A stretch of 64,000 bases of DNA from Takakia lepidozioides (taxonomy: Eukaryota; Plantae; Bryophyta), in NCBI GenBank assembly GCA_030704615.1, contig CM060731.1:58652001-58716000 (forward strand), in the 5' to 3' direction. Positions 1-12,293 of the stretch are shown here, one piece after another. The translations under genes and the position numbers were made by a program. How positions within the stretch are numbered: position 1 is the first letter of the stretch; every line of letters starts with the position of its first letter. The notes under the pieces were generated by a model. That model saw nothing but the letters and a program-made list of their open reading frames with translations. It was not told the DNA's origin and made no database searches.

Positions 1-2165
1 TATGCTTGGTAAGGGATCCATCAGTGTAATGTGAGTTTGTTGGGGATATTTGAGGGTGGTGTTTTGTCGATATATTGAAGGAAGGGGGGGAGGGGTGTTG
101 TTTGTGTTACTTGGAAAGGGCGCGGTTGCGCTATGCCCCAGGCTTGATCCGGAAGGGTGTGGTTGCACAGGTGTGGAGGGGTGTATATGGGAAGTGGATG
201 GTGGCCTTCATTTTATGAGTTATGCTTAATAGCTACTCGAGTTGGTGACAGAAGAGTGTCGGTATGTCTGTATGTAGGGGGTGCTGAACGTGTAGGATCA
301 GGGTTAGGGTAGGTTCTTTCCGTCTAAGGTATTTGGGGAGAGGGGGGGTATGAGTATATTTAAGTTGATTTGGATCAATTGTGGCTAGTAGGTTGACCCC
401 TACCGGGAGGCGTAGTAAAGGGTGGGAGGTACTGGGTGTGTTTTGCTGTGTGAGGATGAGGATTGTGGGGGTGGAGGGGACGAGTGAGCTGCAAATCGTG
501 CCCAGTGGAGGGCTTCGTGAGAAAGGGGCCCGGGGGGGGGGGGGGGGGGGAGCCCCTGCCTTCCCGGATGTGCTGAGTAGCACTGACTGTGGCTCCAAAA
601 ATATACTCTCGATGATGTGGACTGGAAAATGTGTTCAGTTCCATCGGGCATGTCAGTGAGCTGGAATAGTACTTACGAGTGAGTGAGCTGAAAGGTGTTG
701 ATAAGTAAGGCAAGAATATCTTGTGGTATTGTTTGATGTGCACATGTCGTTTCGAGTTGGCGAGGGATCTTGGTTTCTTGGGAGGGGTGTCCTTGAGGTA
801 TCGATCAACTAGCCAATATATTTTGGTAGCAAAGTCTTGTTTCGGGGATTGCTAAACCCTGAGCAGAATTTGTGAGCAGAATTCTGCTCACGCTTCTGGA
901 TGTGCTCACCTATAACCGCGGACATCTATTCGGCTTAGAGGACCTATTACTGCGGGTAGTGTCCAGTATAACATGCATATTGCTTGGTAAGTTTAGCGTC
1001 TTTGAGGCCGGATAGAACATATTGGATTTGTCGAGATGTACTGCGTGTGGCGCGAAATCCTTCTTGAGGGTCGCTGAGAATTTGGTGTTCTTCGCAATAG
1101 TTTGAGAGCATTGTGGTGAGCGTACTGGTGAATAATTTGTATATGGTGTTGGCCAATGCAATAGGTCTGTAGTGCTGAGGTCCGGAGGGTCGCATTTTTT
1201 TAAAGAGTAAAATGGGAGCGATTGTGTTTTCCAAGAGTGTGGTATACGTTGTAGTTTGTAACATAATTGAAAAATTTGTATATGAGGTGATGGAGTTGAG
1301 GGTCCAATGCTTGAAGTATGGCATTTGGGATAAGATCCGGGCCTGGGGCTTTAGATTTAGATAGTTTTTAAAGACATGATTCGTATAAATCAACTGTGAA
1401 TAGGTCTAGGATGCGATCTGTTGGAGATCTCCTATTGTCTATTGAGAAGCCATCTATGTCGTGCCATGGGTAGTATTAACTTTATATGTGCAGTTGGCAG
1501 TGTGAAGATTTGGATGTAAACAGTTTGTAACTGTGGGTGTGTAGGTTGAGGATGCTTGTGACCATAGTTCTTGGTTGATGTCCAATGGGTTGGTTAGCAA
1601 GTGGCCCAGCTGGTGTTTGAGACAATCGATGGGTGGGTTGAGGGCAGGGTTGAAGATGACTTTGTGAGCTTTTTTGGGGTGGTCGTGTAGCAACTGGTTA
1701 AAGAGGCAACGAACTTTTTGTGGTTGTCTGTAGCTTTTTGTTTAGTGATATTGTAAGCGGCTTTCTTAGCGTCTCTTCCAATCTTGGAGAGAGCGGCTAT
1801 CCAGTTATGAATGTTATGGGGGTTGTCAAGTCGGGGCATAAGGGCTTGGCATGGGGGTAGGGTGTTTAGGCAGGTGATACGGGAATCCGTTGCCCAATTA
1901 TTCTTTGGGTGTACGGATGTGGTGGTAGGTATAATAGTGAGGGCGCGTCTAATCGTGTGGTATGTATTAAGGTGTGATGTCCATGAACATTTTTATGTGC
2001 GAGTAAGGTAGCCCCCATTTTGTTTTCATCGTGCAGTTTGCGGAATCTCGGGGGGGGGGGGGGGGGGTGTTGGCAATGACATTTTTGGTCATTTCTTGCA
2101 TTAAGGTTGTGAGTATGATCTCGGATTTGGTCCAGGTTTGATCTGGGGATTGCGTGAGGTTTGTA
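1..2165 (-). mobile_element. Dualen/RandI-like LINE fragment (inverted duplicate of 35042-37206)
   Basis: YRPIALANTIYKLF...QEGFR RT motifs; matches the right-arm copy, with extra 1-bp homopolymer indels. Confidence 0.85.
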
Positions 2166-4222
2166 CAGACATTCAAGAACATCCGGGACGAGGAGGTATC
2201 TTCTTTGGTGCATAGCATTTTCGGAGGAATCGCAGGTTAGAACTTGAAATTTGATCATTGTTGTAGCAGTATTTGATTGGTTTAGATCGCAATTAATAAC
2301 TCTTGTTTGATCAATTCATACGGTCTCATCTATAGAGTATACAAGTACATACAATATTTACGTATATATCCGTCATTAATGTTGTAAGTCTAGAGACTAA
2401 ATTGGAGACTAAATTCTAAATTCTAAATTCTATCACCGAGGAATATTGGCTAGTGCATTTGAGATAGATGCATGTATTAGTCCTAAATTGACCTGGTTTA
2501 GGAGTCCATGCAGAATACAAAATCTATGGATATGCAAAAAAAATTGAGCGATATGACAATGAATACCATCACTCGCATGGTGCTTGGGAAAAAATGGTTT
2601 GGAGTAGAGATGACTACCGAGGAAGGTGAAGAGTTTGGGAGCCTAATCGTAGAACTTTTTCACATCATTGGTTCTTTAAACCTTGGTGACTATATTCCAT
2701 TCCTAAAGCCTTTTGATCTACAAGGTTATGAAGCCCGCATGAAAAAAGTTGCTACAAGAATGGATCGCTTCTTAAGTGTGATGATTCAGGATCATCGGAA
2801 AGAGGAAAGAAAAAATTCAAACGCCCAAAAAGACCTTGTAGATGTATTGTTGTCACTTGCTGATAAGGAGCTGGGTGCGGAATATAGGCTTGACGATTCT
2901 TCTATTAAAGGACTCATGCTTGTAAGTATATTCATCTCCTCCACACGTATTCATATCTTTTCTTTGCATATAAGTTGTTCAAATGGTGAGTTCATGTGTT
3001 GCAAGTTGTTTAAAGATTGGCCATTATCCATTCAGCCTCTTGCTTGAAACCTAGTTCATCGAGAAAGTGCACATGTGTAATTCTCAAGCATATAACAACC
3101 ATTTTCTACCTCATGATGTGACCTCGTGACAAAATGAATATATTTAGTTATGTAGATAGGATAAATCATATAATACCGAAATCAGCAAACATAGATTCAT
3201 ACGACCCACCATTAGGTGAAAATGAGGACATGCCAAACCGTATGCAGGCCATGTCCCTTCTGTGCCTTGCAGCCTCATTAGGACAAAGTTATACAAAACA
3301 ATTTGATACCTTCCAAAATCGTAGCAGTACATGTGTGCACCATAAATGGGTCATGTACCACAATCATTGAGGGCTTCTACAATCTGCAATTACAACGATC
3401 TCGACAAAAACCTGTAATCCTACCGGAAGAATTCATATCTGGAAGCCCTAGCTGATGCTAACAAAGCCAAAAAACTCAACAAGTCTTTACAATGACTCAG
3501 AGAGCTCGTCAACTGTTAAATGCACACGTAGACTGCTTCAAAGTATTGGTTAGAAATACTTGAGATGATTTGTCTCATCGTGTCGATGTTTGATGCAGGA
3601 TATTATTGTGGGGGCCACTGACCCACCAGCAACAACCATAGAATGGGCGCTCACACATCTCTTGCGACATCCCAATGCAATGAAGAAAGTTCAAGAAGAA
3701 TTGGATGACGTGATTGGGTGTGATAGGTTGGTGGATGAAGCCGACATTCCTCGGCTCTCTTATCTTCAGGCTGTTGTGAAGGAGACCCTACGCATCAGCC
3801 CTCCAGCTCCTTTCCTGCCGCATCAGAGCAATAAAGCTTGTCAAATAGCAGGCTATTATATTCCTCCGAAGACACTGACGATGGTAAATGTATGGGTTAT
3901 TCATCACAACACATCTGCTTGGCACAAGCCTCATGAATTCAATCCAGAGAGATTTGACAACAGTAATATGGATGTGAAAGGCCAAGATTTTGAGCTCTTG
4001 CCATTTGGATCAGGGCGACGAGGTTGCCCGGGCTTGCCTTTGGGTCTGATTATGGCTCAAAGGGGTTTGGCTCAACTACTCCAAAGCTTTACATTCAAGC
4101 TTCCAAAAGGCCAACATCCCGAAGACTTAGATATGAGCGAGGTCTTTGGCCTTACAACTCGCAAAGCTGTTCCATTGCAAGTTGTCGTGAAATCTCGTTT
4201 GCCTCATCACTTGTATACTTAA
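2166..4222 (+). pseudogene. CYP71-clan cytochrome P450 CYP-A, 5'-truncated (exon 1 remnant 2166-2235, exons 2514-2921 and 3599-4222)
   Basis: Matches intact 31565-34073, but promoter, ATG and most of exon 1 are missing. KETLR, PERF and FGSGRRGCPG present. Confidence 0.9.
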
Positions 4223-4231
4223 TTACTTGGT

Positions 4232-4852
4232 GCGCCATTTTGTCTAAGTTTCTTTGTTATATATATATATATTCGGAAAGTTTGTTTCTATTTTGATTAT
4301 AAATATTTTTAGTCGTTGTTCTTCAAGTTGTGACTCTCTAATTAAACTATTTTTTATATATTTTTTAAAATAATTATATATCACGATTTCTTGCACAATG
4401 CTTTGTTATTTTTAATTTATTTTTATATTCAATATTTATTTATTTAGATTTAAAACATACTATATCCATCTCTTTATATCTTTGTAAACTCTTTGTAAAT
4501 CACCTTGTTCATTGTCGTAACAATTGCCACATATCACATCTACTTAGGATATTTACTTGAGAGAATCACTCATCAAACCTCACCCAAGTCTATTTCGCAT
4601 TTGTTTCGTCCCCCAACACCATAATACTATTAATCTAGCATCTAACATAGGTTATCATTGACTGACTCAATATCTACAAAGAAAATGATGTTTCTATATT
4701 AATTTTTATATTATTATTTTATAAACAAAGAATTCATGCATGCACATTTTTCAGATTTTAACTTTCAACATTACATTTTTCTTTATTTATTTGGGCAATT
4801 CGTGCAAGACTTATACAAAGCAAACCCGTAAGAAAATAACTCATCCAGACCT
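4232..4852 (+). repeat. AT-rich CYP 3'-flank repeat; diverged direct copies at ~9500-10235 and ~10390-10690 + 12172-12293
   Basis: Shared blocks such as gtctaagttt, aaacctcacccaagt, ggttatcattgactga and ataactcatccagacct. Confidence 0.75.
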
Positions 4853-5155
4853 AATTGGTGGAGGTGCATGCCTGATTTCATTAACTGTACTGGTGCCACT
4901 GCTGCTTCCTACAACTACCCATGAAGAGAGGGAATATTTTTTCTGGTGCTTCTGGTTACATAAGGACAATATATGAGGTAGGACAACTCAAAAAGGCTCT
5001 GCAAATATCGAACCAATGTATGTATGTCTCTTGTAGAAGTGTATCAAGATGAAAGGCTTAAAGCGCTTACATTATCCAAAGTGAATTGAGGCCTTGAATG
5101 TTTTCTACACATTACTTATACATGTGTATGTTAAGTGTAAGAGCATCGTAGATAC

Positions 5156-5793
5156 CAATGTTGGTCTGGTATGTACAAAAACTCGAGTATCAACCCGGTT
5201 ATGCACCGGGGTATGGAAGCCCCCTACCAGACGGTTCCGGATAGGTCGGAAATTCGTAGAGTAACTTACCTGTAGGGTATGATTAGGGTTTCAGGGAGGG
5301 CGATCTACCCTAGCCGACTGGTCTCGGCTCACCAGTTGTTGTTGTTGTTACCTGTTTTGTCGTTTGAACTTGGTTGCTGGTATCATTGTTCAAGTATCAA
5401 TGTGGAGGTCGTAGTGTAGAGATGGTGGCAGATTTGGTGAGATTCTTGGCTTTGGTATTGGCTGCGGAGGGGATCGCTCATTCAGTACAATTACTTTTCT
5501 CCCTGCTTCTATTATGTGAATTTGCATGCTACAATCAGTGTGTGCTCTTCCTTTTGAAATGTTATTTTTTATTATACTTTACCCGAAGTTGATATCAGCA
5601 GGTATCAAAGTTTTCATACCATTGGTGATACTAGGTTTGCAAATGTGAAATGCTGGCATTATTGATACCCTACAAATACCAAAATTGGGGGTTTTTTTTA
5701 ATATATATTGCATACCCTCGTTTGGGACATCTAAATTTGTATACTACCAGGACCCTCATGGTATCTCCAAAACACCATACCAGACCAACACTC
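5156..5793. mobile_element. hAT-like non-autonomous element (MITE)
   Basis: TIRs caatgttggtctggtatg / cataccagaccaacactc; 8-bp TSD gtagatac/gtggatac; ggtat/atacc subterminal motifs. Confidence 0.85.
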
Positions 5794-5814
5794 GTGGATA
5801 CTCACCAAGCGTTA

Positions 5815-6085
5815 ACATAATACCTCAATGATGTTTGATCACAAGGAATATAATGCTGGCAGGATCTACCAAGCATGGGTATGGTGAGAATGCCTTGGAG
5901 ACATATGAGCAAATGATGCGGGAATGGGTGAAGCCCAAATGCCCCACATTTGTTTGCGTTTGCAATGTGTGTGCGAACCTGGCATACCTGGAAAAAGGCG
6001 TAGATGTCATTGTAGGTGACATCGTCAAAGCTGGCACTATACCATATGTCATTCTGAACACTCAAGCCCTGGTGGACACCCAATT
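5815..6085 (+). pseudogene. PLS-class PPR gene fragment
   Basis: NIMLAG..KHGYGENALETYEQM..E.VKP..PTFVCV..C..L..LEKG...ALVD resembles P-L-S PPR motifs; no flanking gene. Confidence 0.7.
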
Positions 6086-6377
6086 TTGGAGATTGAAGAA
6101 GCAAAGGGAGTGTTCGACAAGTTTGCTGAACGAAATGTGGTGTCGTGGAGCATGATGATCGCATGATATGCATGCACAAGATTTCATGAGTTCATTGATT
6201 TGAATCGTAAAGTTTGTAGGTGTAGTAAAAGTTTGTAAAAAACACAATACATGTGAAGAGACAACTCTTCATTAACAGTTGTACGTGAATGTTCCACATC
6301 AGCTATTATAAGTAGCTATCAAACTAGCTATTAGTAGATATCAAAAGATATAAACCACGTGTTTTAATACCAAGTAA

Positions 6378-9194
6378 TTAAGTATACAGGTGATGAGGCA
6401 AGCGAGCTTTCACGACAACTTGCAATGGAACAGCTTTTCGAATTGTGAGCCCAAAGACCTCGCTCATATCCAAGTCTTCGGGATGCTGGCCTTCTGGAAG
6501 CTTGAATGTAAAGCTTTGGAGCAGTTGAGCCAGACCCCTTTGAGCCATAATTAGACCCAGAGGCAAGCCTGGGCAACCTTGTCGCCCTGATCCAAATGGC
6601 AAGAGCTCAAAATCTTGGCCTTTCACATCCATATTACTGTTGTCAAATCTCTCCGGAATGAATTCATGAGGCTTGTGCCAAGTAGATGTGTTGTGATGAA
6701 TAGCCCATACATTTACTATCGCGAGTGTCTTTGCAGGAATATGGTAACCTGCTATTTGACAAGATTTAATGCTCTGATGCGGCATGAGAGGACCTGGAGG
6801 GTTCATGCGTAGGGTCTCCTTCACAACTGCCTGAAGGTAAGGGAGTCTAGGGATGTCGGCTTCATCCACCAACCTATCACACCCAATCACATCATCCAAT
6901 TCTTTTTTAACTTTCTTCATTGCATTGGGATGTCGCAAGAGATGTGTGAGCGCCCATTCTATGCTTATTGCTGATGTGTCAGTGCCCCCCGCAATAATAT
7001 CCTGCATCAAGAACTGACATGATAAGACAATCATCTCCAGTACTTCGAACCAGTCTACGTGTGCATTTAACAATTGACGAGCTGTCTCAGTCATTGCAAA
7101 GACTTGTTGAATTTTTGGTTTTGTTCGCATCAGCTAGGGGCTTCCATATAGGAATTTTCTCGGTAGGATTACAGGCTTTAGCCGAGAGCGTTGTAATTGC
7201 AGATTGTAGAAGCCCTCAATGATTGTGGTACATGACCCATGTATGGTTTCACACATATACCGCTACGGTTTTGGAAGGTATCAAATCATTTTTAGGTTGG
7301 GTGCAATATGATAGGCCAATAATAAACTTACCCAAAAAAGAATGACTAACCATCTTACCCTTGCAGTGCTTGGTCACAAATGGAATGTACTTTATTTTTT
7401 GTAAAAATAAAATAAAAGTACCTAAAGAGCAATATCACTTGTGGCCTTCAACTTTGTATAACCTTGTTCTAATGAGGCTGGAAGGCACAGAGGGGACATG
7501 GCTTTTATACGGTTTGGCACGTCATCAATTTATATCTAGGTTTGTTGATTTGGGTATTATATGATTCATCCTATCTACATAACTACATATATTCATTTTG
7601 TCACGAGGGGACATCATGAGGTAGAATATGGTTGCTATATGCTTGAAAATTGCATGTGCACTTTCTCGATGAACTAGGTTTCCAATCAAGAGGTTGAATA
7701 GATAATGACCAACTTTTAAACAATTTTAAGAAACTTACAACACATCATGAACTCACCATTTGAACAACTTATATTCAAAGAAAAGATATGAATACATGTG
7801 GAGGAGATGAATATACTTACAAGCATGAGTCCTTTAATAGAAGTGTCGTCAAGCCTATATTCCGCACCCTCCTCATCAGCAACTGACAACAATACATCTA
7901 CAAGGTCTTTCTGGGCGTTTGAATTCTTTCTTCCCTCTTTCCGATGATCCTGAATCATCACATTAAAGAAGCAATCCATTCTTGCAGCAACTTTTTTCAT
8001 GCGGGCTTCATAACCTTGCAAGTCGAAAGGCTTTAGGAATGGAATGTAGTCACCAAGGTTTAAAGAACCAGTGACGTGAAAAAGTTCTACAATGAGGCTC
8101 CCAAACTCTTGTCCTTCCTCGGTAGTTGTCTCTACTCCAAACCATTTTTTCCCAAGCACAATGCGAGTGATGGTATTCATTGTCATATCGCTCAATCTTT
8201 TTTGCATATCCACAGATTTTATATTCTGCATGGACCCCTAAACCAGGTCAATTTAGGACTAATACATATATCTATCTCGAATGTACTAGCCAATATTCCT
8301 CGGTGATAGATTTAGTCTCCAATCTGGAGAACTTGGGTTATATGAAGATAAGCTTGACCATGGTCGACCGGCCTCCACTAACTCTCAAACACATGAATCT
8401 ATCTTCTCTCTATTTCTAATTTTGTGGATAGATTTAACTTCTCAAAAGGTTTTTCATATGACAATAAGGTTTCATATGGCTCAAGTATAGTTCAAGCTTA
8501 GATACAATAAAGTATATTATCTAGATTCACAACATTATTAGAGGATATGTACGTAAATAATGTATCTACTTGCATACTCTATAGATGAGACCATAGGAAC
8601 TGATCAAGCAAGAGTTAGAACTGATATAAACCTGTCAAGTATTGCTACACCAATGATCAAATTTCAAGTTCTAACCTGTGATTCCTCGAAAATGCCCTGC
8701 ACCAAAGAAGACACCTCCTCATCCCGGATGTTCTTGAATGCTTGGATTCTTTTGGCAGTGAAAAGCTCTAGCATGCACAATTTGCGTAAAAATCGCCAAT
8801 GTTGTCCATAAGGGGCACAACCCATGTCTTTTCTCTTATAGAATGTAATGTCTCCACCAGCTAGTTCAGGTCGAGATGCAAAGATCTGGTCGTGGGTTTT
8901 AAGAACCTCTTGTGCCATCGCTGGAGAAGAAATTATGAGTACAGACCTCAATCCAAATCTCACTTGCATGATATCTCCATATTTATGAGCTAATTTGGAG
9001 AGTGCCACATGAGGGGCATTGCCCAAAAAAGGGAGGTCTCCTAGTATAGGCAAGCTTGGAAACGACCTTGGTATCTTATTCACATTTCAATCACGAAACA
9101 GCTTAAAGATTTGATTGAGCACACCCGCAGCTACTACTGCGAGCAAAAGCTTTGGAAATAATTGAAGACCATGCATGCTAGAGACCAAATCCAT
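6378..9194 (-). pseudogene. CYP71-clan cytochrome P450 CYP-B with premature stop (exons 8676-9194, 7821-8225, 6378-7001)
   Basis: Codon 36 is TGA (9087-9089) where the intact copy has CGA; heme motif reads FGSGRQGCPG; splice sites GT-AG. Confidence 0.92.
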
Positions 9195-10951
9195 TCTAAG
9201 TGTCTCCTAGTTACGTCACAATTTCGTATGATCACGACGATTTCAAGATCTACGTTCGAGCTACGCCATAGCTTGGATTTCGACTTGAAAAGCTGACTGG
9301 GATTCTACAGAGTAAGATCTCTCAACTAGCTCTCTCATTATATAAGAGATTACGTCATGGTGACCGCGCATGTAGTGGGTTCGGCGTTCAACCCTATGTG
9401 GTTTTGCCTACCAACCTACTGAAGAGTCAAGTTGAATCTTTCTAAAAGAATTTCTAAAAGAAATAACTTGACAAACATTTACTATAAATGCATTGATGTT
9501 GCACCGTCTAAGTTTTTTTGTTATGTACATATATTCCGGAGTTTAGCATTTATTTCTCCTTTGATTAAAAATATTTTTATTTGAAGTTCTTCAAGTATTG
9601 ACTTACGACTCTTTAATTAATATTTATTATTATTATTATTATTATTATTAGTATTGATTTTATTTAAAAAAATCTTATTAAATATCATGATTCCTTGAGC
9701 AACGCTTTGTTACTTTTTATTTAATATTTTGCTTACATTCAGTATTTATTTTTCTTTATTTAAAACATATTATATCCGTATATTTGAATCTATATAGATT
9801 ACCTTGTTTGATTGTCCTAACAAGTGCCATACATCACATCTGCTTAGAATATTTACTAGAGGGGATCAATCACCAAACCTCACCCAAGTTTATTTTATTT
9901 CTCTTTAGTAAAATATTCCACTACCTTATCTTATCCATATATGCATAAATAAAGTGGTATTAGAATGTAACTTTAAAGGCATTTGTGTCGTCTCCCAACA
10001 GCATAACACTATTTTGTTAGTCTAGCATCTAAAACAGGTTATCATTGACTGATTCAATATCTAGAAAGAAAAATGATATTTCTATATTATCTTATATGCA
10101 ATCCAAATAAAAAATTCACGCATGCAGATTTTTTCAGAAATTAATTTCCAGCATTTTATTTTTCTTTGTTTATCCGGGCAATTCTTTCATGACCTATACA
10201 AAGCAAACCCATAAGATAATAACTCATCCAGACCTGCAATTTTGGCAACGTGGTAATCAATCCAGAAATGTGTTTTCATTCTACGGTGTAGTCTTGCCGA
10301 CCTTTGAGGTGTGATGCATAACTACAAGGGGCTATGAAAGCGAACAAAGGAGATAACCACCCGATCATCCTTCATTTTTGTTTAAAAATTATGTATGTTT
10401 TTCGAGGTTTAGCATTTGTTTCATTTTGATCACAATTTTTTTTTTTTTTTCGTGACTCTTTATTAATATCCTTATGTCTTTTTCTTTTAAATTTTTAATT
10501 TGAACAAATTTTAGTTTGTTTGTTTTTTTGTTTTCATTTTGATTTAATGTATGATTTCTCGAACAATGCTATTATTGTTTTTTATTTATGAAAAAACATT
10601 CTGGCATTCAGTATTTATTGTTTTATAATTTCAATTATATTTTATCTGTCACTTAGAATCATTGCAAATCATCATGTTTCTTGGTCCTAACCAATGTTGG
10701 GCACTTCTTAGCTTTTTCTAATCTCCACCGGATTCCGGATACTTGTTAAATTAGAGAGGAATATATCCAGCGAATACGGATATTAAAATATTCTGAATTT
10801 ATAATATCTGCCAGTTATGCATAAAAGAAGTTTTCTAAAATCTGTCGGATATAATAAGTCCGGATATTCAGATTACAATATCCGCCGGTTATTGATTGAT
10901 CCAGATATTAAATCAGGATACATCTTTATTATATGTGAATTTTTTTTACTA

Positions 10952-11931
10952 CCGTCTCTTATTAACCATTTAGGAATTTTTGCACCTAACAATTATTAAA
11001 AAACAGACAGGCTGCTTATGCCATATCTTCACATTAGGCATCTTCATGCTGTAAGTTTTTTGAATCAGGCACATGAAAAGAGAAAAAAATGATTTTCTTA
11101 AGAATAAAAATAAAAATAAAAACCTAATGCACATGGGCCCCTTGTCCCCTGCCTGCAATAGGCCCAGCTCGATTCTCCTCCAAGCTTGCACCCAGTCGGC
11201 CCCGCCTCATGAGTCCCGACTCCATTAGGTTTTTGCAATACCTTTACCTTCTGCGTGAGTCCACGAGCGAACACTATTCCGGCTTCGCCATCATCATGTA
11301 CAGCCTCCATCATCGCACAACATGAGAAGAGGCTTGAAACTTTTTTGCTGGAATTTTCAGGAACTAGGCACTTTGGTCCAATAGTTTCCGAGCAATTAAG
11401 CCAACATTTGAAAATTCTCAAAACCCGTTAGGCACTTTCAATTTGAATCAATTATCGCCTAAATGGTTAATAAGGGACAGTATTTTTGAATTTTTTTCTT
11501 TAAGCCGGTTGAGATCCAGTGATTGGCGCAAATGATTGCTCGGAAACATTTGAAATATTCCCAAAACGCGTTAGGCACTTCCAATTTGAATTCATTATCG
11601 CCTAAATGGTTAATAAGGGACAGTATTTTTTAGTTTTTTTCTTTAAGCCTGATTATATTTGGTTGAGATCCAGTGATTGGCGCAAATGATTGCTCGGAAA
11701 CATTTGAAAGATTCCCAAAACGCGGTAGGCACTTCCAATTTGAATTCATTATCACCTAAATGGTTAATAAGGGACAGTATTTTTGAATTTTTCTCTTTAA
11801 GCCTAATTATATTTGGTTGAGATCCAGTGATTGGCGCAAATGATTGCTCGGAAACATTTGAAAAATTCCCAAAACGCGTTAGGCACTTCCAATTTGAATT
11901 AATTATCGCCTAAATGGTTAATAAGGGACGG
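10952..11931. mobile_element. Tc1/mariner-like MITE, right end present four times
   Basis: TA + ccgtctcttattaaccatttagg; matching cctaaatggttaataagggacrg + TA ending at 11480, 11623, 11777 and 11931. Confidence 0.8.
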
Positions 11932-11997
11932 TATTTTTTATTTATTTTTTCTTTAAGCCTAATTATATTTCGTTGAGATCCAGTGATTGGCGCAAAT
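11403..11997. repeat. Tandem repeat, 4 units of 143-154 bp
   Basis: Repeated acatttgaaa...gggacagta...gattggcgcaaat. Confidence 0.95.
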
Positions 11998-12293
11998 ATC
12001 ATTCGCGCGATTTTAACCCTTCATGTATCCAATGGATAAGATCAGGATAAGATCTAATCCGGATCTCCTATTCCGCATATCCGCCAGATATGAATAAAAC
12101 CCAGATTTCAAAAGCCCGCCGGATCCATTGATTTTTTGACATCAAGATCAGTCTATATCTGCCCAACAGTTGTTGTAACAGTTGCCAAATTTTGTAATAA
12201 CACATTGCATATACTTAGAACATATATTGGAGGGGCTCACTCAACAAACCGGACCAAAAGTGTTTTTTTAATCTCCTTGTAGGAAATACTCCA

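Larger units (their letters stand above)
1..10951. repeat. Left arm of large inverted segmental duplication (runs off window start)
   Basis: Reverse complement of 24570-37206 (pos 1 = 37206, 10951 = 24570). Near-identical apart from a 1.42-kb deletion, absence of a 279-bp insert and point changes. Confidence 0.95.
10692..12171. mobile_element. Degenerate hAT-like element hosting a nested MITE
   Basis: Ends caatgttgggca / tgcccaacagtt; degenerate 8-bp TSD gtcctaac/gttgtaac; dense cggata/tatccg subterminal motifs; paralogous flank copies show the empty site. Confidence 0.65.

Noticed and set aside
8664-9083. CYP-B rescued by a GTG start
   Set aside because: Non-ATG start after the stop, no membrane anchor, and the heme-motif Arg is also lost.
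12012-12021. piggyBac-like end (ttaaccctt)
   Set aside because: No matching opposite end with TTAA found.
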